Below, piece by piece: positions 10,403-20,491 of a DNA stretch of 64,000 bases. A model generated the notes under the pieces. That model had not been told where the DNA came from, did no database searches, and saw only the letters and a program-made list of their open reading frames with translations. The stretch comes from Candidatus Poribacteria bacterium. GTDB lineage: Bacteria > Poribacteria > WGA-4E > JAJDTR01. The position numbers and the translations under genes are program-made. The stretch is from positions 4,608,001-4,672,000 of the forward strand of contig CBDCTK010000002.1 in NCBI GenBank assembly GCA_965222225.1. The letters are read 5' to 3'. Every line of letters starts with the position of its first letter. Position 1 is the stretch's first letter.

Positions 10403-10857
10403 ATGCAATACGACAGAAGATTAGCAGGCGAAACCGCGTTAGCCTTTGAATATTTTGAACTCTACCGAGATATGCCAGACCGCACGCTGCGCAAACTTTC
10501 CCTGATCCAGGTGCGCGGCAAGACCCGACATTTGAAAACCATCGGGCGCTGGTCAACCAATTTCCGCTGGCAAGAACGAGTGAAATCGTTTGACGACGAG
10601 AAAAACCGCCGCGCCGCTCAGAAATAGCAGCACGCCAACAAGCGGAAATCGAAGCATTCATTGAGGCAGACCTGCAAATCGCGCGAGATATTCAAGAGTT
10701 AACCCAGCAACTCTTGGCGCAAATCAAAGAATCGCAAACGCGAGACGCTGCAGAAATGCGCAAGTTGGCGTTGATGTACAACGTATCGCGCATCTGGCTA
10801 ATGGAGTTGGTTGGCATCATAAAGGAAAAAGATAATGGCAAAACCGAAACGAGTTAA
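10403..10857 (+). CDS. Phage-like HTH protein (terminase small-subunit-like), frameshifted near 10620
   Basis: GET.LAFEYFELYRDMPDRTLRKL...TIGRWSTNFRWQERVKSFD resembles phage packaging-region HTH proteins; second frame continues as a helical region to TAA 10857, overlapping the next start. Confidence 0.55.
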
Positions 10858-11719
10858 CCTCGGTGAACTCCGCTATCCCGCGCAGCACGCGGCGCACCCG
10901 TGCGGCGGCGACGAACAGCACCAATCCTGCACAGTTTGGACGTTCGCCAAGTTTGAGTTAGATTACCTGTACGACTTGCTCATTAATCTCAAATCGGGGT
11001 ATGCCGCCAGAGAAAGATCATCCATTACATGGGGTGCCCCCGAATGGCCTCTTCCAACCGAGCTGGAGGTCAGCGATTGCTTGCATAAAACGTTCGTTCA
11101 AGACTGCGCACTTCACCAAGCCACAAAACGACTCTCCCATCCCTATCGACGCAAATACTCCTCTGCCTATGTAATCGCCGTACGCAATGCGGTGTACAAT
11201 TCGATTGAGCAAATGAGTGACGAGGGGATGTCCCCGGACCCGATGGCTCCCCTTCATGTGGCTCCCCTTCATGGCCTTGTTTCCGCTGTCGAAGCCCACG
11301 CTGCCCACAGCTTGTCAAAAACGCCGGAACAGTACAATCGAGACACGCAAATCGCTGTTGAAATCGAGAAGGAACTAAACCATAAGAAACACCTGGATTT
11401 GAAGCCCGAAACCCGGAGAATTAGCAATCTGATCAAAGAAACCCCGCTTGCTCACGACGACTGGGATCAGTTTCTATGGAGCGACTTCTTGGACAGCGTC
11501 TTCACCCATTCGGCGCGCTTTACCATCGAAGTTTCACCCGCGGACCTCGGCCCAAACATGCCCTCCCTGCGTCAGAAAGCTGGCGCTCCCGTTAAACCTG
11601 ACGCCCAAATTCTGCGAAGAATGCAGCGGCAAACCGCCCGAACGACATGTCACCAAATCGGACGCGCATATTTCTCTGACGCATTCATTGATGAATTTCT
11701 TCGAAACATCAAGACTTAA
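10835..11719 (+). CDS. Hypothetical protein
   Basis: 294-aa ORF with AAGGA RBS, overlapping the upstream gene end; no recognisable motif. Confidence 0.7.
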   Translation: MAKPKRVNLGELRYPAQHAAHPCGGDEQHQSCTVWTFAKFELDYLYDLLINLKSGYAARERSSITWGAPEWPLPTELEVSDCLHKTFVQDCALHQATKRLSHPYRRKYSSAYVIAVRNAVYNSIEQMSDEGMSPDPMAPLHVAPLHGLVSAVEAHAAHSLSKTPEQYNRDTQIAVEIEKELNHKKHLDLKPETRRISNLIKETPLAHDDWDQFLWSDFLDSVFTHSARFTIEVSPADLGPNMPSLRQKAGAPVKPDAQILRRMQRQTARTTCHQIGRAYFSDAFIDEFLRNIKT

Positions 11720-11721
11720 AC

Positions 11722-12016
11722 GACCAAGCGAATGAACAATGAGTGTAGGGTGGGCACCGCCCACCATTCCTTATTCTATTTAGGAGGGGAATCAAGCGAC
11801 TGGATAAGGAGCGAACAGCGACCGCGATAGAAATCCTATAGCAAATCCCGTGCGATAGAGATTCCACGCGCGAGAATTCCCATAGAAGATTCTCATAGAG
11901 CTCCCATACATACCGTGTAATCCGTTTAATCCGATCAAGCGACTGGATAGGGAGCGCGATAGAGAATCCCTCAAGCGAGTGAACAGCCAGCGCGATAGAG
12001 ATCCCACAGAGAATCC
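11722..12016 (+). repeat. Cluster of full and partial copies of the ~37-nt GATCAAG...GCGATAGAGATCCC element, mixed with a REP (GTAGGGTGGGCACCGCCCACC, 11745-11765)
   Basis: Units at 11722 (partial), 11791, 11933-11970, 11971-12005 plus several short TAGAG.TCCC stutters. Confidence 0.85.
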
Positions 12017-12258
12017 TGATTCAGACAAGCAGGTTCCTAGCAATTATCACGCTCGTTCAATTGTGGCACTTTTTTCAGTTTCGTTCTCCCTGTGCCAATC
12101 GGCAAATCTGATTTTACTTGTATCAATCTATAGTATTGTGATAACTTAATTCGGGAGGAAAATCGAACTTCGTTCAATTCTAAAGATGCTTGCAGGTCTT
12201 CGTTTGTGCAGCTTGGAACCCGCGATTCTAGGGACGCGAAAAGAACGAAATCAAGTTT

Positions 12259-12699
12259 ATGAAAGTCAAAATCAAGCGAGTAGATAAAGACCTCCCGTTG
12301 CCCAGATATGAAACTCCAGGGTCGGTGGGGTTTGATTTCCTTTGCCGCGAATCCGTGGCAATCAAGCCGCACAGTTTAGGACTCATCCCAGCCAACGTCA
12401 TCGTCGAAACGCCGCCGCGATATATGTTGATGGTCACGCTTCGCAGCAGCACGCCAAGGAAACGGGGTTTGCTGATTCCGCACGGGGTCGGAGTCATCGA
12501 TCAGGACTACTGCGGCGAGGGCGACGAGATAAGAATTCAGGTCTACAATTTTAGCTCCAATCCAGTGACGGTAGAACGAGGGGATAGGATTGCCCAGGGC
12601 GTTTTCGTCAGGGTGGATACGGCGCAGTGGTCGGAGGTCAATCGAATCGAGTCGGAGACACGCGGCGGATTTGGGAGTACCGATACCGTAGGGAATTGA
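12259..12699 (+). CDS. dut: dUTP diphosphatase
   Basis: Motifs GSVGFD, RSS, GVIDQDYCG, GDRIAQG, RGGFGST. Confidence 0.96.
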   Translation: MKVKIKRVDKDLPLPRYETPGSVGFDFLCRESVAIKPHSLGLIPANVIVETPPRYMLMVTLRSSTPRKRGLLIPHGVGVIDQDYCGEGDEIRIQVYNFSSNPVTVERGDRIAQGVFVRVDTAQWSEVNRIESETRGGFGSTDTVGN

Positions 12700-12701
12700 A
12701 G

Positions 12702-13523
12702 ATGGAACAGTATTTGGACGCGCTTAGACAGGTTGTAGAGACCGGGGTTGATCGGAGCGGCCGCAACGGCGATACCCGCGCCGTATTCGGGATGCAGATG
12801 CGTTTCGACATGTCCGACGGCTTTCCCGCCGTTACAACGAAGCAGCTTGCGTTTAACACCGGTGTGAAAGCCGAACTCTTGGGCTTTCTGAGAGGCTACT
12901 CGGATGTCAAGGACTTTCAGAAGCTGGGATGTAATGTCTGGAATCAGAACGCTGAAGCCGATTATTGGAAATCGCGTGCGCGCTTTGAGGGCGACTTGGG
13001 GCGAATTTACGGCGTACAATGGCGCTCATGGAAAACCGTAGACGGACGGACACTGGATCAGCTTGCCGAGGTGATTGATCAGATCAGGAACGATCCGTCC
13101 AGCCGCCGCCATGTGGTGACAGCCTGGAATCCCGGCGAGCTCGGCCAAATGGCGCTCGCCCCATGCCATGCGTTCTTCCAGTTTTTCGTAGCCGATGGCA
13201 AACTTTCGCTTCACATGTACGAACGGAGTTGCGACATGTTCTTGGGTGTCCCGTTTAATATCGCATCGTATGCCCTGCTCCTGCACATGGTGGCGCAGGT
13301 GACGGAACTAATGCCCGCTGAGTTCATTCACTCCCTGGGAGACGCCCATATCTACCATGAACACTTTGAGCATGTGGAAATACAGTTGGAAAGAGAACCT
13401 CTGCGGCTGCCGGAACTTTATCTAAACCCCAAGATAAAATCGATTGATGATTTCAAGATGCAGGACATCAAATTGCAAGATTACAAACACCACGACGCAA
13501 TCAAAGCGCCTATGGCAGTATGA
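12702..13523 (+). CDS. thyA: Thymidylate synthase
   Basis: MEQYLD start, LGRIYGVQWR, MALAPCH, RSCDMFLGVPFNIASY, C-terminal APMAV. Confidence 0.97.
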   Translation: MEQYLDALRQVVETGVDRSGRNGDTRAVFGMQMRFDMSDGFPAVTTKQLAFNTGVKAELLGFLRGYSDVKDFQKLGCNVWNQNAEADYWKSRARFEGDLGRIYGVQWRSWKTVDGRTLDQLAEVIDQIRNDPSSRRHVVTAWNPGELGQMALAPCHAFFQFFVADGKLSLHMYERSCDMFLGVPFNIASYALLLHMVAQVTELMPAEFIHSLGDAHIYHEHFEHVEIQLEREPLRLPELYLNPKIKSIDDFKMQDIKLQDYKHHDAIKAPMAV

Positions 13524-14023
13524 GAGATGCTTCAATGATTATATCGCTGATTGCGGCAATGGATCGGAATCGACTCATCGGACAGGCGAATCGTCTCCCT
13601 TGGCGTCTCCCCGCGGATATGAAGCATTTCAGAAAATTGACGCTGGGCAAACCGGTGGTGATGGGACGGCGAACCTTTGAATCCATTGGCAAACCGTTGC
13701 CCAAACGTACCAACATCATCTTAACTCGCGACCCGCATTTCCGTGCAGGCGGGTGCATTGTAACGCACGGTGTTGATGAAGCACTGAGGAAAGCGAATGA
13801 CTCCGAAGAGGTGATGATAATCGGCGGTTATTCGGTGTACAAGCAGTTCCTGGATTGCGCAGGACGTTTCTACCTGACGCAAATCCACGAATGCTTTGAG
13901 GGGGATGTCTATTTCCCGGAGTTTGAGTTGAGCGATTGGTGTGAGGTCAAACGTATCAGGTGCGAACCGGACAAAGATAATCCGCATTCGTACGACTTTG
14001 TTGTCCTTCGTAGAAACTCTTGA
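13520..14023 (+). CDS. folA: Dihydrofolate reductase
   Basis: LIAAMDRNRLIG, LPW.LP.D, MGRRTFESIGKPLP.R, IIGG; follows thyA. Confidence 0.97.
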   Translation: MRDASMIISLIAAMDRNRLIGQANRLPWRLPADMKHFRKLTLGKPVVMGRRTFESIGKPLPKRTNIILTRDPHFRAGGCIVTHGVDEALRKANDSEEVMIIGGYSVYKQFLDCAGRFYLTQIHECFEGDVYFPEFELSDWCEVKRIRCEPDKDNPHSYDFVVLRRNS

Positions 14024-14169
14024 ATGTGTTCGTCAATCGATTTTGTAATCTTGCGCCATCTCGGCAATGATATTCATCTGTCACGCCTCCTGATTACCGC
14101 TGAGCAAAACTGTTTTCCAACAGGTATGCCTGCCACGGATAGACTAACCATCATGCGGAGCGGCCGAAC

Positions 14170-14607
14170 ATGAACATTGACGATTCAAATTACCGTACAA
14201 TAGTTATCAGTTTGGTCGTCGTTATACTGCTTGGAAGCGGATTCTGGATGTTGAAACGTCGTCATCCTGCGCTTTTCCTTGGCGAGCCGGATCTCATCGT
14301 GGATAAACAACAGAAATCGGATGAGAGTACGCCGGCAGTCGAATCCTCAATTCCGCCCGCTGGCGCAGATTCGGCTGTGCTTTCTGATCCCTTACCGCAT
14401 GGTACCAAAGATGGGCGAATTGACATCAATTCCGCCACGTTCGAGGAATTCGAATCTCTGCCGGGAATTGGTCCAGCAACGGCCAAAAGAATAATTGATT
14501 ATCGTGACATCAATGGGAGATTCGATATCGTCGACGATATCGCTGAAGTCCATGGAATCGGCGACAAAACGATAGAGAAATTACGAGACAGAATTGTCGC
14601 CCGCTGA
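14170..14607 (+). CDS. comEA: ComEA-family helix-hairpin-helix DNA-binding protein
   Basis: N-terminal TM helix; IDINSAT...LPGIGP..AKRII.YR...VHGIG. Confidence 0.88.
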   Translation: MNIDDSNYRTIVISLVVVILLGSGFWMLKRRHPALFLGEPDLIVDKQQKSDESTPAVESSIPPAGADSAVLSDPLPHGTKDGRIDINSATFEEFESLPGIGPATAKRIIDYRDINGRFDIVDDIAEVHGIGDKTIEKLRDRIVAR

Positions 14608-14933
14608 TACATAGATTCATTGTTCACAATCTGTAGGATTTTAACATAGTAGCGAGCAATTGCCAAACCACGGAAATAGATATACAATTCCTCCAGATTT
14701 TGGTAGAATTGTCGGGAAGGTGGGGAGATTGGGGGATAGATTTTATCTCAAGGTGGGATGTTTACCCTCGCGCAAGATTTTGGCACTGGAAACTCGCGCG
14801 TACTTGAATAGTCTTGAATAGTATAGTTGTATATCGCAGCCTCGAATCATATTAAGTTGGAGCGATTGGGAACTTTGAAGTGACCTCATTTTTCTTGGCG
14901 CCAAATCGGTTGCTGGTAAGGAGATACTCTCTT

Positions 14934-17900
14934 ATGTATAAATGCCATTTCATTTCCAAATTGATTGGAACTCGGCATTATATTGTTCTTATCGGCCTAT
15001 TGACCCTCATCGTGGGTTCTCAAAACGTGTCCGCCCAATCGCAGTTGGCCCAAGATACCTATGCCATTTTTGAGGGAAGCTGCCTCATCTGCCACGGCCC
15101 CGACGGCGCCTATCGAGAAACGCTCCTCATGGAACACGACGCGCTCATCGGAGGGGGGACCGTCGTTCCGGGAAATCCGAATGCCTCCGAGTTGTATAAA
15201 CGGCTGCTTGGCCCCACCGAAAGCGGCGCACAGATGCCGTTCGGACAACCACCCCTGCCCCCTCAGTCGATTGACACGATTCGACGCTGGATAGTAGCCG
15301 GCGCACCCGATTGGGCGACAATTCCCACGACCAATAGCCGGTTTATCTCGCCCGGTGAAATACTCAAGAGCATTGAGACGCACCTCAACACACTTTCAGC
15401 GTTTGACCGCGCGTTTGCCCGCTACTTCACACTTACCCATCTGTATAACGCAGGGGAAACTCCGGAGTTACTTGGTGAGTACCGCAAAGCACTCTATAAA
15501 CTGGTCAACAGCCTCTCATGGGGACTTGATGTCATCAACCCAATCCCCATCGACACGCAAGCTACCATCTTTTACATAGACCTCCGACACTACGAATGGG
15601 ATGTCAATGACGCCTGGACGAAGATAGAAGAAGAGTATCCCTTTCACATTTCGTTTGACGCACCCGCACAGCTTGGACTGCGGAATCAACTTGGACGGTT
15701 GCAGACTCAGATGAAGACCGATGTGCCGTCGGTTCATATCGATTGGTTTCTTGCAACCGCCTCGACTCCACCGCTTTATCACGACCTGCTTTCGCTGCCG
15801 TTGACGGATAGGGAGCTGGAGACCCGATTGGAGGTTGATGTCGCCCGAAACCTTATCAACGCGCCCGGGGTTCGCGTCTCGCGGGCGGGATTCAACAATT
15901 CGGGCGTCTCCAATAACAACCGGGTAGTGGAACGGCATACCTCTCGCTATGGAGCGTACTGGAAAAGCTACGACTTTGCCGGGAGTGTCGGGGCACAGAA
16001 CATCTTTACCCACCCGCTCAATTTCACGCACGATGGCGGTGAGGCTATCTTCAATCTTCCAAACGGATTGCAGGGATATTACCTTGTCAACGCATCCGGT
16101 TTCCGTCTAGACGAGGCGCCGATAAACATCGTTTCCAACCCCGCTGCCAGCGACCCGACGGTGCGCAACGGAATTTCGTGTATCGGTTGCCATACCGAAG
16201 GCATGAAGACGTTTGAGGACCGGGTGCGTTCGGCGATTGAAAGCACCACCAACCCGCCCTACGACAAAGCGCAGGCGCTTCGACTCTACGTTGAAAAGTC
16301 AGACATGGACGCTCGTGTGGGTGATGACATGGAGCGCTATCGGGGTGCGCTTGAAGAGACGGGCGGTGCGTTGGGCGGTGTTGAACCGATTTCCCGTTTC
16401 CATGAGGCGTTTCATGGACCGGTGGACGCGGCATACGCCGCCGCCGTGGTTGGGTTGGAGACTGAATCCTTCCTCGCAAAGGTTCGTGAGAACGCGGGCC
16501 TGCAGAGCGCAGGTTTGCTCGTATTGGACGGCGGGCAGATTAAACGTGACACCTGGACATCTAGTTTTCGTGACGTGATTTCCGCACTGGATTACCCGCA
16601 GTTAGTCGGAGAGACACCGGTCATAACACAGCCCGATGTGATACCGGGTGGGCAGGTTCAAATCCCGGATCCAAACCTGCGTGCCGCTATTGCGGAAGAA
16701 CTCGGCAAAAGCGTCAATGCCCCGATAACCGCGGAAGACATGGAAGGATTGACTTTCTTGAGCAAAATAGAGGGGCAAGGTATCCGCGATTTAACCGGTC
16801 TTCAGTTTGCGACAAATCTGTCTAGCATAAGGATTGATGGGTCTAAGGTGTCTGATCTCTCTCCGATAGCAGGACTAACCCAGTTAAAAAGGATAGATAT
16901 TGACTTCACCGATCCGCCTTCCATTATTCATGACGCGAAACAGCTTTCCAGATTGGTTAATCTGACTTTTTTAGCTCTTCATGGAGTAGAGGACCTTACA
17001 CCCCTTGCTGGGCTACCCAAGTTAGAGCAACTCTTTGTGAGTCACCCTAACATACGCGATCTATCGCCGCTTGCCGGATTAATCAACTTGGAACTTATTC
17101 ACTTGGAACTTATTCACATGAGCGGCGCCCTTATATCCGATTTATCCCCGCTTGCGGGATTAACAAAACTAGAGCATGTACATCTTCCCGGCGGAGACAT
17201 ATCGGATCTTACCCCTTTGGCGGGATTAACCGAGTTAGAAGAGTTGCATCTGCACCACAACTCAATATCGGATATATCCCCCATCGCGGGGTTAACCAAC
17301 TTGAAGCGGCTAGATCTGTCCCGCATTGATGTCCTATCCGATATATCGCCCCTTGCCACGTTATCGAACTTGGAGTGGTTGAGCCTACGCAACAACAACA
17401 TTTCGGACATTTTCGCACTTGCCCGCTTAACCAATTTAACCTACATGGATCTCGCCAGAAACGAAATCTCGGACGTATCGCCCCTTGCCACGTTATCAAA
17501 CTTAAAGCGGTTGGAGCTCCTCGACAACAACATTTCGGACATTTCCGCACTTGCCCGCTTAACCAATTTAACCTGGCTGAATGTCTCGCAAAACGAAATC
17601 TCCGACCTGTCTCCGCTAGACGGGTTGCGCCCCAACTTGGATTTTCTTAGCGTGTCCGACAATCCGTATTTCCCACCGGGCGGGCCAAAAATTGATGGGC
17701 CTTGGTTATGGCTCCTCTTACCAGGGGCAAAATTGCCTAGCGGTAAGGATTTATTATCAGAAGCGAGTGGAGGCGCCGTGACCGAGTTAACAGTTGCCAC
17801 CCATGGGGCAACGGCGGGCCAAGCGGTCAGGGATAGCATCTGGACCTTAGACACACTCCCGCATCAAAAAAAATATAACATTTCCCATATGCTGAAAGAC

Positions 17901-19199
17901 TCAATCCGTAACGGCACCATCTACGGATCTCTGTCCCTTTATTCACCACGAGAACAGGAAACAATGATATATGTTGGCAGCCAGAATTCGGTAAAAACCT
18001 GGCTGAACGGAGTTTTGGTTCACCAGGTTATCGATTGGCGCGATCCTGATAATTACACGGATGCTGTCCCTGTCACGCTGAAGCCCGGACGGAATGTGTT
18101 GTTAGTCGCGGTTGCTATCCTTGCTGACAACGGTCATGGCTTTTTTGGATTTTCACCCGGCACCGAATACGCAGTGGCCACTGGTATCGGCTATGCTTTT
18201 TCGCACGCGCCAATCCACATCGATGATACCTTTACCTTCGATGTGCGTGCGGAGAACGTGTCTGACCTGGCGGGGTGGCAGTTTGATATTGCGTTCGACC
18301 CTGCCATCCTTGAAGCGGTTGACGTGAGTGAAGGAAATTTCCTGAAAACTGACGGCGGAGCGACCTTCTTTCAGCGTGGGCACATTGACAACGCGGCGGG
18401 CAAAATCACAGGACTCAGTGCGGCACGGATTACGGATCGCGAGGTCAGTGGCACCGGTACCATCCTCCAAGTGAGGTTCAAGGCAAAAATCGGAGGAGAA
18501 ACGGAATTGGCGCTGGGGAACTTCGAGTTCGGCTCTAGCACCGGGGAAAACATCCCTGCAGGCCCCCTTGAAATACGCATCACCGTGGAGGAACGACTTG
18601 CCACCGGGGACGTGAATCGAGACGGACGGGTGAGTATTTTGGATTTGATTCTCGTCGCACAGCAGTTGGGGAGAAGCGTACCCCCCAACTCACCGGTGGA
18701 TATTAACGGAGATGGGGTTGTCAACATCTTCGACCTTAGCCTCGTGGCGCAGGGAATAGGCGGAGCTGCTGCGCCAGCAGCTCGGGGCATAGACTCGGCT
18801 GCGATAGAGGCGTGGATTGCGCTGGCGCGGCTCCAAGATGACGGCTCAATCGCCTTCCGACAAGCCATAGCCAACCTCGAGGTGTTGTTAGCCTCAATGA
18901 TCCCGTCAGAGACGGCACTCCTGCCCAATTATCCGAATCCGTTCAATCCTGAAACGTGGATACCGTACCAGTTGGCTGTCCCCGCGGAGGTGACGCTGAC
19001 AATCTATGACATGAACGGAGGAACGGTTCGGCGTTTGGAGGTAGCGCATCAAGCGGCGGGCACCTATCAGAATCGGAGCCGCGCGGCGTATTGGGATGGT
19101 CGGAATCAACGTGGAGAGTCCGTTGCCAGCGGTTTGTATTTCTACACGCTGAAAGCAGGCGAGTTCACGGCGACGCGCAAGATGCTTATAAGGAAGTAG
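14934..19199 (+). CDS. Secreted multidomain protein: cytochrome c (two CxxCH), LRR array, cohesin, dockerin, FlgD/T9SS-like C-terminal domain
   Basis: Signal peptide; CLICH and CIGCH; IPDPNLRAAI LRR cap and internalin-like ISDLSPLAGLT repeats; DLAGWQFDIAFDP cohesin; GDVNRDG/DINGDG dockerin; LLPNYPNPFNPETWIPY. Confidence 0.9.
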   Translation: MYKCHFISKLIGTRHYIVLIGLLTLIVGSQNVSAQSQLAQDTYAIFEGSCLICHGPDGAYRETLLMEHDALIGGGTVVPGNPNASELYKRLLGPTESGAQMPFGQPPLPPQSIDTIRRWIVAGAPDWATIPTTNSRFISPGEILKSIETHLNTLSAFDRAFARYFTLTHLYNAGETPELLGEYRKALYKLVNSLSWGLDVINPIPIDTQATIFYIDLRHYEWDVNDAWTKIEEEYPFHISFDAPAQLGLRNQLGRLQTQMKTDVPSVHIDWFLATASTPPLYHDLLSLPLTDRELETRLEVDVARNLINAPGVRVSRAGFNNSGVSNNNRVVERHTSRYGAYWKSYDFAGSVGAQNIFTHPLNFTHDGGEAIFNLPNGLQGYYLVNASGFRLDEAPINIVSNPAASDPTVRNGISCIGCHTEGMKTFEDRVRSAIESTTNPPYDKAQALRLYVEKSDMDARVGDDMERYRGALEETGGALGGVEPISRFHEAFHGPVDAAYAAAVVGLETESFLAKVRENAGLQSAGLLVLDGGQIKRDTWTSSFRDVISALDYPQLVGETPVITQPDVIPGGQVQIPDPNLRAAIAEELGKSVNAPITAEDMEGLTFLSKIEGQGIRDLTGLQFATNLSSIRIDGSKVSDLSPIAGLTQLKRIDIDFTDPPSIIHDAKQLSRLVNLTFLALHGVEDLTPLAGLPKLEQLFVSHPNIRDLSPLAGLINLELIHLELIHMSGALISDLSPLAGLTKLEHVHLPGGDISDLTPLAGLTELEELHLHHNSISDISPIAGLTNLKRLDLSRIDVLSDISPLATLSNLEWLSLRNNNISDIFALARLTNLTYMDLARNEISDVSPLATLSNLKRLELLDNNISDISALARLTNLTWLNVSQNEISDLSPLDGLRPNLDFLSVSDNPYFPPGGPKIDGPWLWLLLPGAKLPSGKDLLSEASGGAVTELTVATHGATAGQAVRDSIWTLDTLPHQKKYNISHMLKDSIRNGTIYGSLSLYSPREQETMIYVGSQNSVKTWLNGVLVHQVIDWRDPDNYTDAVPVTLKPGRNVLLVAVAILADNGHGFFGFSPGTEYAVATGIGYAFSHAPIHIDDTFTFDVRAENVSDLAGWQFDIAFDPAILEAVDVSEGNFLKTDGGATFFQRGHIDNAAGKITGLSAARITDREVSGTGTILQVRFKAKIGGETELALGNFEFGSSTGENIPAGPLEIRITVEERLATGDVNRDGRVSILDLILVAQQLGRSVPPNSPVDINGDGVVNIFDLSLVAQGIGGAAAPAARGIDSAAIEAWIALARLQDDGSIAFRQAIANLEVLLASMIPSETALLPNYPNPFNPETWIPYQLAVPAEVTLTIYDMNGGTVRRLEVAHQAAGTYQNRSRAAYWDGRNQRGESVASGLYFYTLKAGEFTATRKMLIRK

Positions 19200-19405
19200 A
19201 GCCTATTTGCTTGATTCAATTTCAGATGTTTAACCCATGTTGCTAGGTATTCCAGTTGGTCAAGTTTTTATTCGACCGGGGAGTTGATAGGTCGGGCTAG
19301 AAGCCAGACCTACCGGGATGGGTAGCAACTTGGATTAGCAACGATTCGATTGAAGTCATCAATACCTAAGAATCGGCACTCCTTCACGCGTGCCCATGAC
19401 AGTCT

Positions 19406-20455
19406 ATGTTAGAAAATAATTATCCGAAACTTCATAATGCCGCTTGGCCCGGGGTGGTGGGAAAAGGTGAAGATTCAGAACCGCCCATCCCGTTGGACAC
19501 TATGTTGAACCTCACCGCCGCCGCCGATGCGGACGGCGTAAAATTTGATGGCATTGACCTTTTTCTAGCCGCTCCCCACGTTGACATTGACAGCACCGAA
19601 GATGAGATAAAGGCGCTTGCCGACAAAATTGCTGCGCTCAATCTCAAGATTGGCAGTGTTGTTGCCCCCGTCTGGGAGCCGACCGGTGGCGGTTCCGCTA
19701 TGGGCAACGCGGAAGAGCGAGGACGTTTCTTGACGCAAGTTCGCAAGGCATGCAATATTGTCAAGACGATGCGCGAATTGGGCATCCGTCCTAGTGGAGT
19801 TGTGCGAATTGATTCGTCGGTGGATCCGGAAAGTTGGACGGCGGATCCGGTGGCGAACACGGAGCGGATTGCATCAACCTTCCGCGAAGCCTGCGATATT
19901 GCGGCGGATTACGGAGAATCGCTGGCAGCCGAGGGCGAGATTTGCTGGGGAGGTATGCACGGCTGGAAAACCATGATTGCAACCCTCGAAGCCGTCGACC
20001 GTCCCAATATCGGGTTCCAGGCGGATATGGCACACACCCTGCTATACTTACTGGGATATAACATACCGGAGGAGCGCATCCTACCCGATGATTTCGACTG
20101 GTCGGATCGTGAAGCTTTGACGGAAGGTCTTCGCCAGCTGACGGCGGCGCTGCGCCCGTGGACTACTGACTTTCATGTGGCGCAGAACGATGGCACGGTG
20201 CACGGAACCGGTTCCCATGACAAAACGGGCAGACACTGTCAAGCTACCGACCCCAACGGCAAACTCGATATCCCAGCCGATGCCGGGCACTGGTTTCGGG
20301 AGGAGGATGGCACCCTCACCAAAGCCTTCAGACACATCTGTTGGGATGGCTGCATGTTTCCCAATCAGGTGATGATGGAACAGCAAACCTGGAATGATAT
20401 CCTGGCAGCAATGATTGAGGTTCGGAAGATGCACGGATGGTATGAAGCGGAATAA
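19406..20455 (+). CDS. Sugar phosphate isomerase/epimerase (xylose isomerase-like TIM barrel)
   Basis: [34 protein letters not shown] metal-ligand pattern. Confidence 0.85.
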   Translation: MLENNYPKLHNAAWPGVVGKGEDSEPPIPLDTMLNLTAAADADGVKFDGIDLFLAAPHVDIDSTEDEIKALADKIAALNLKIGSVVAPVWEPTGGGSAMGNAEERGRFLTQVRKACNIVKTMRELGIRPSGVVRIDSSVDPESWTADPVANTERIASTFREACDIAADYGESLAAEGEICWGGMHGWKTMIATLEAVDRPNIGFQADMAHTLLYLLGYNIPEERILPDDFDWSDREALTEGLRQLTAALRPWTTDFHVAQNDGTVHGTGSHDKTGRHCQATDPNGKLDIPADAGHWFREEDGTLTKAFRHICWDGCMFPNQVMMEQQTWNDILAAMIEVRKMHGWYEAE

Positions 20456-20491
20456 TGGCTCGTTTGAGCGCAACGGAACGACATAATCACC

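Noticed and set aside
12259-14023. dut-thyA-folA as phage auxiliary genes
   Set aside because: Ordinary bacterial thymidylate cluster followed by comEA; no phage replication or structural genes nearby
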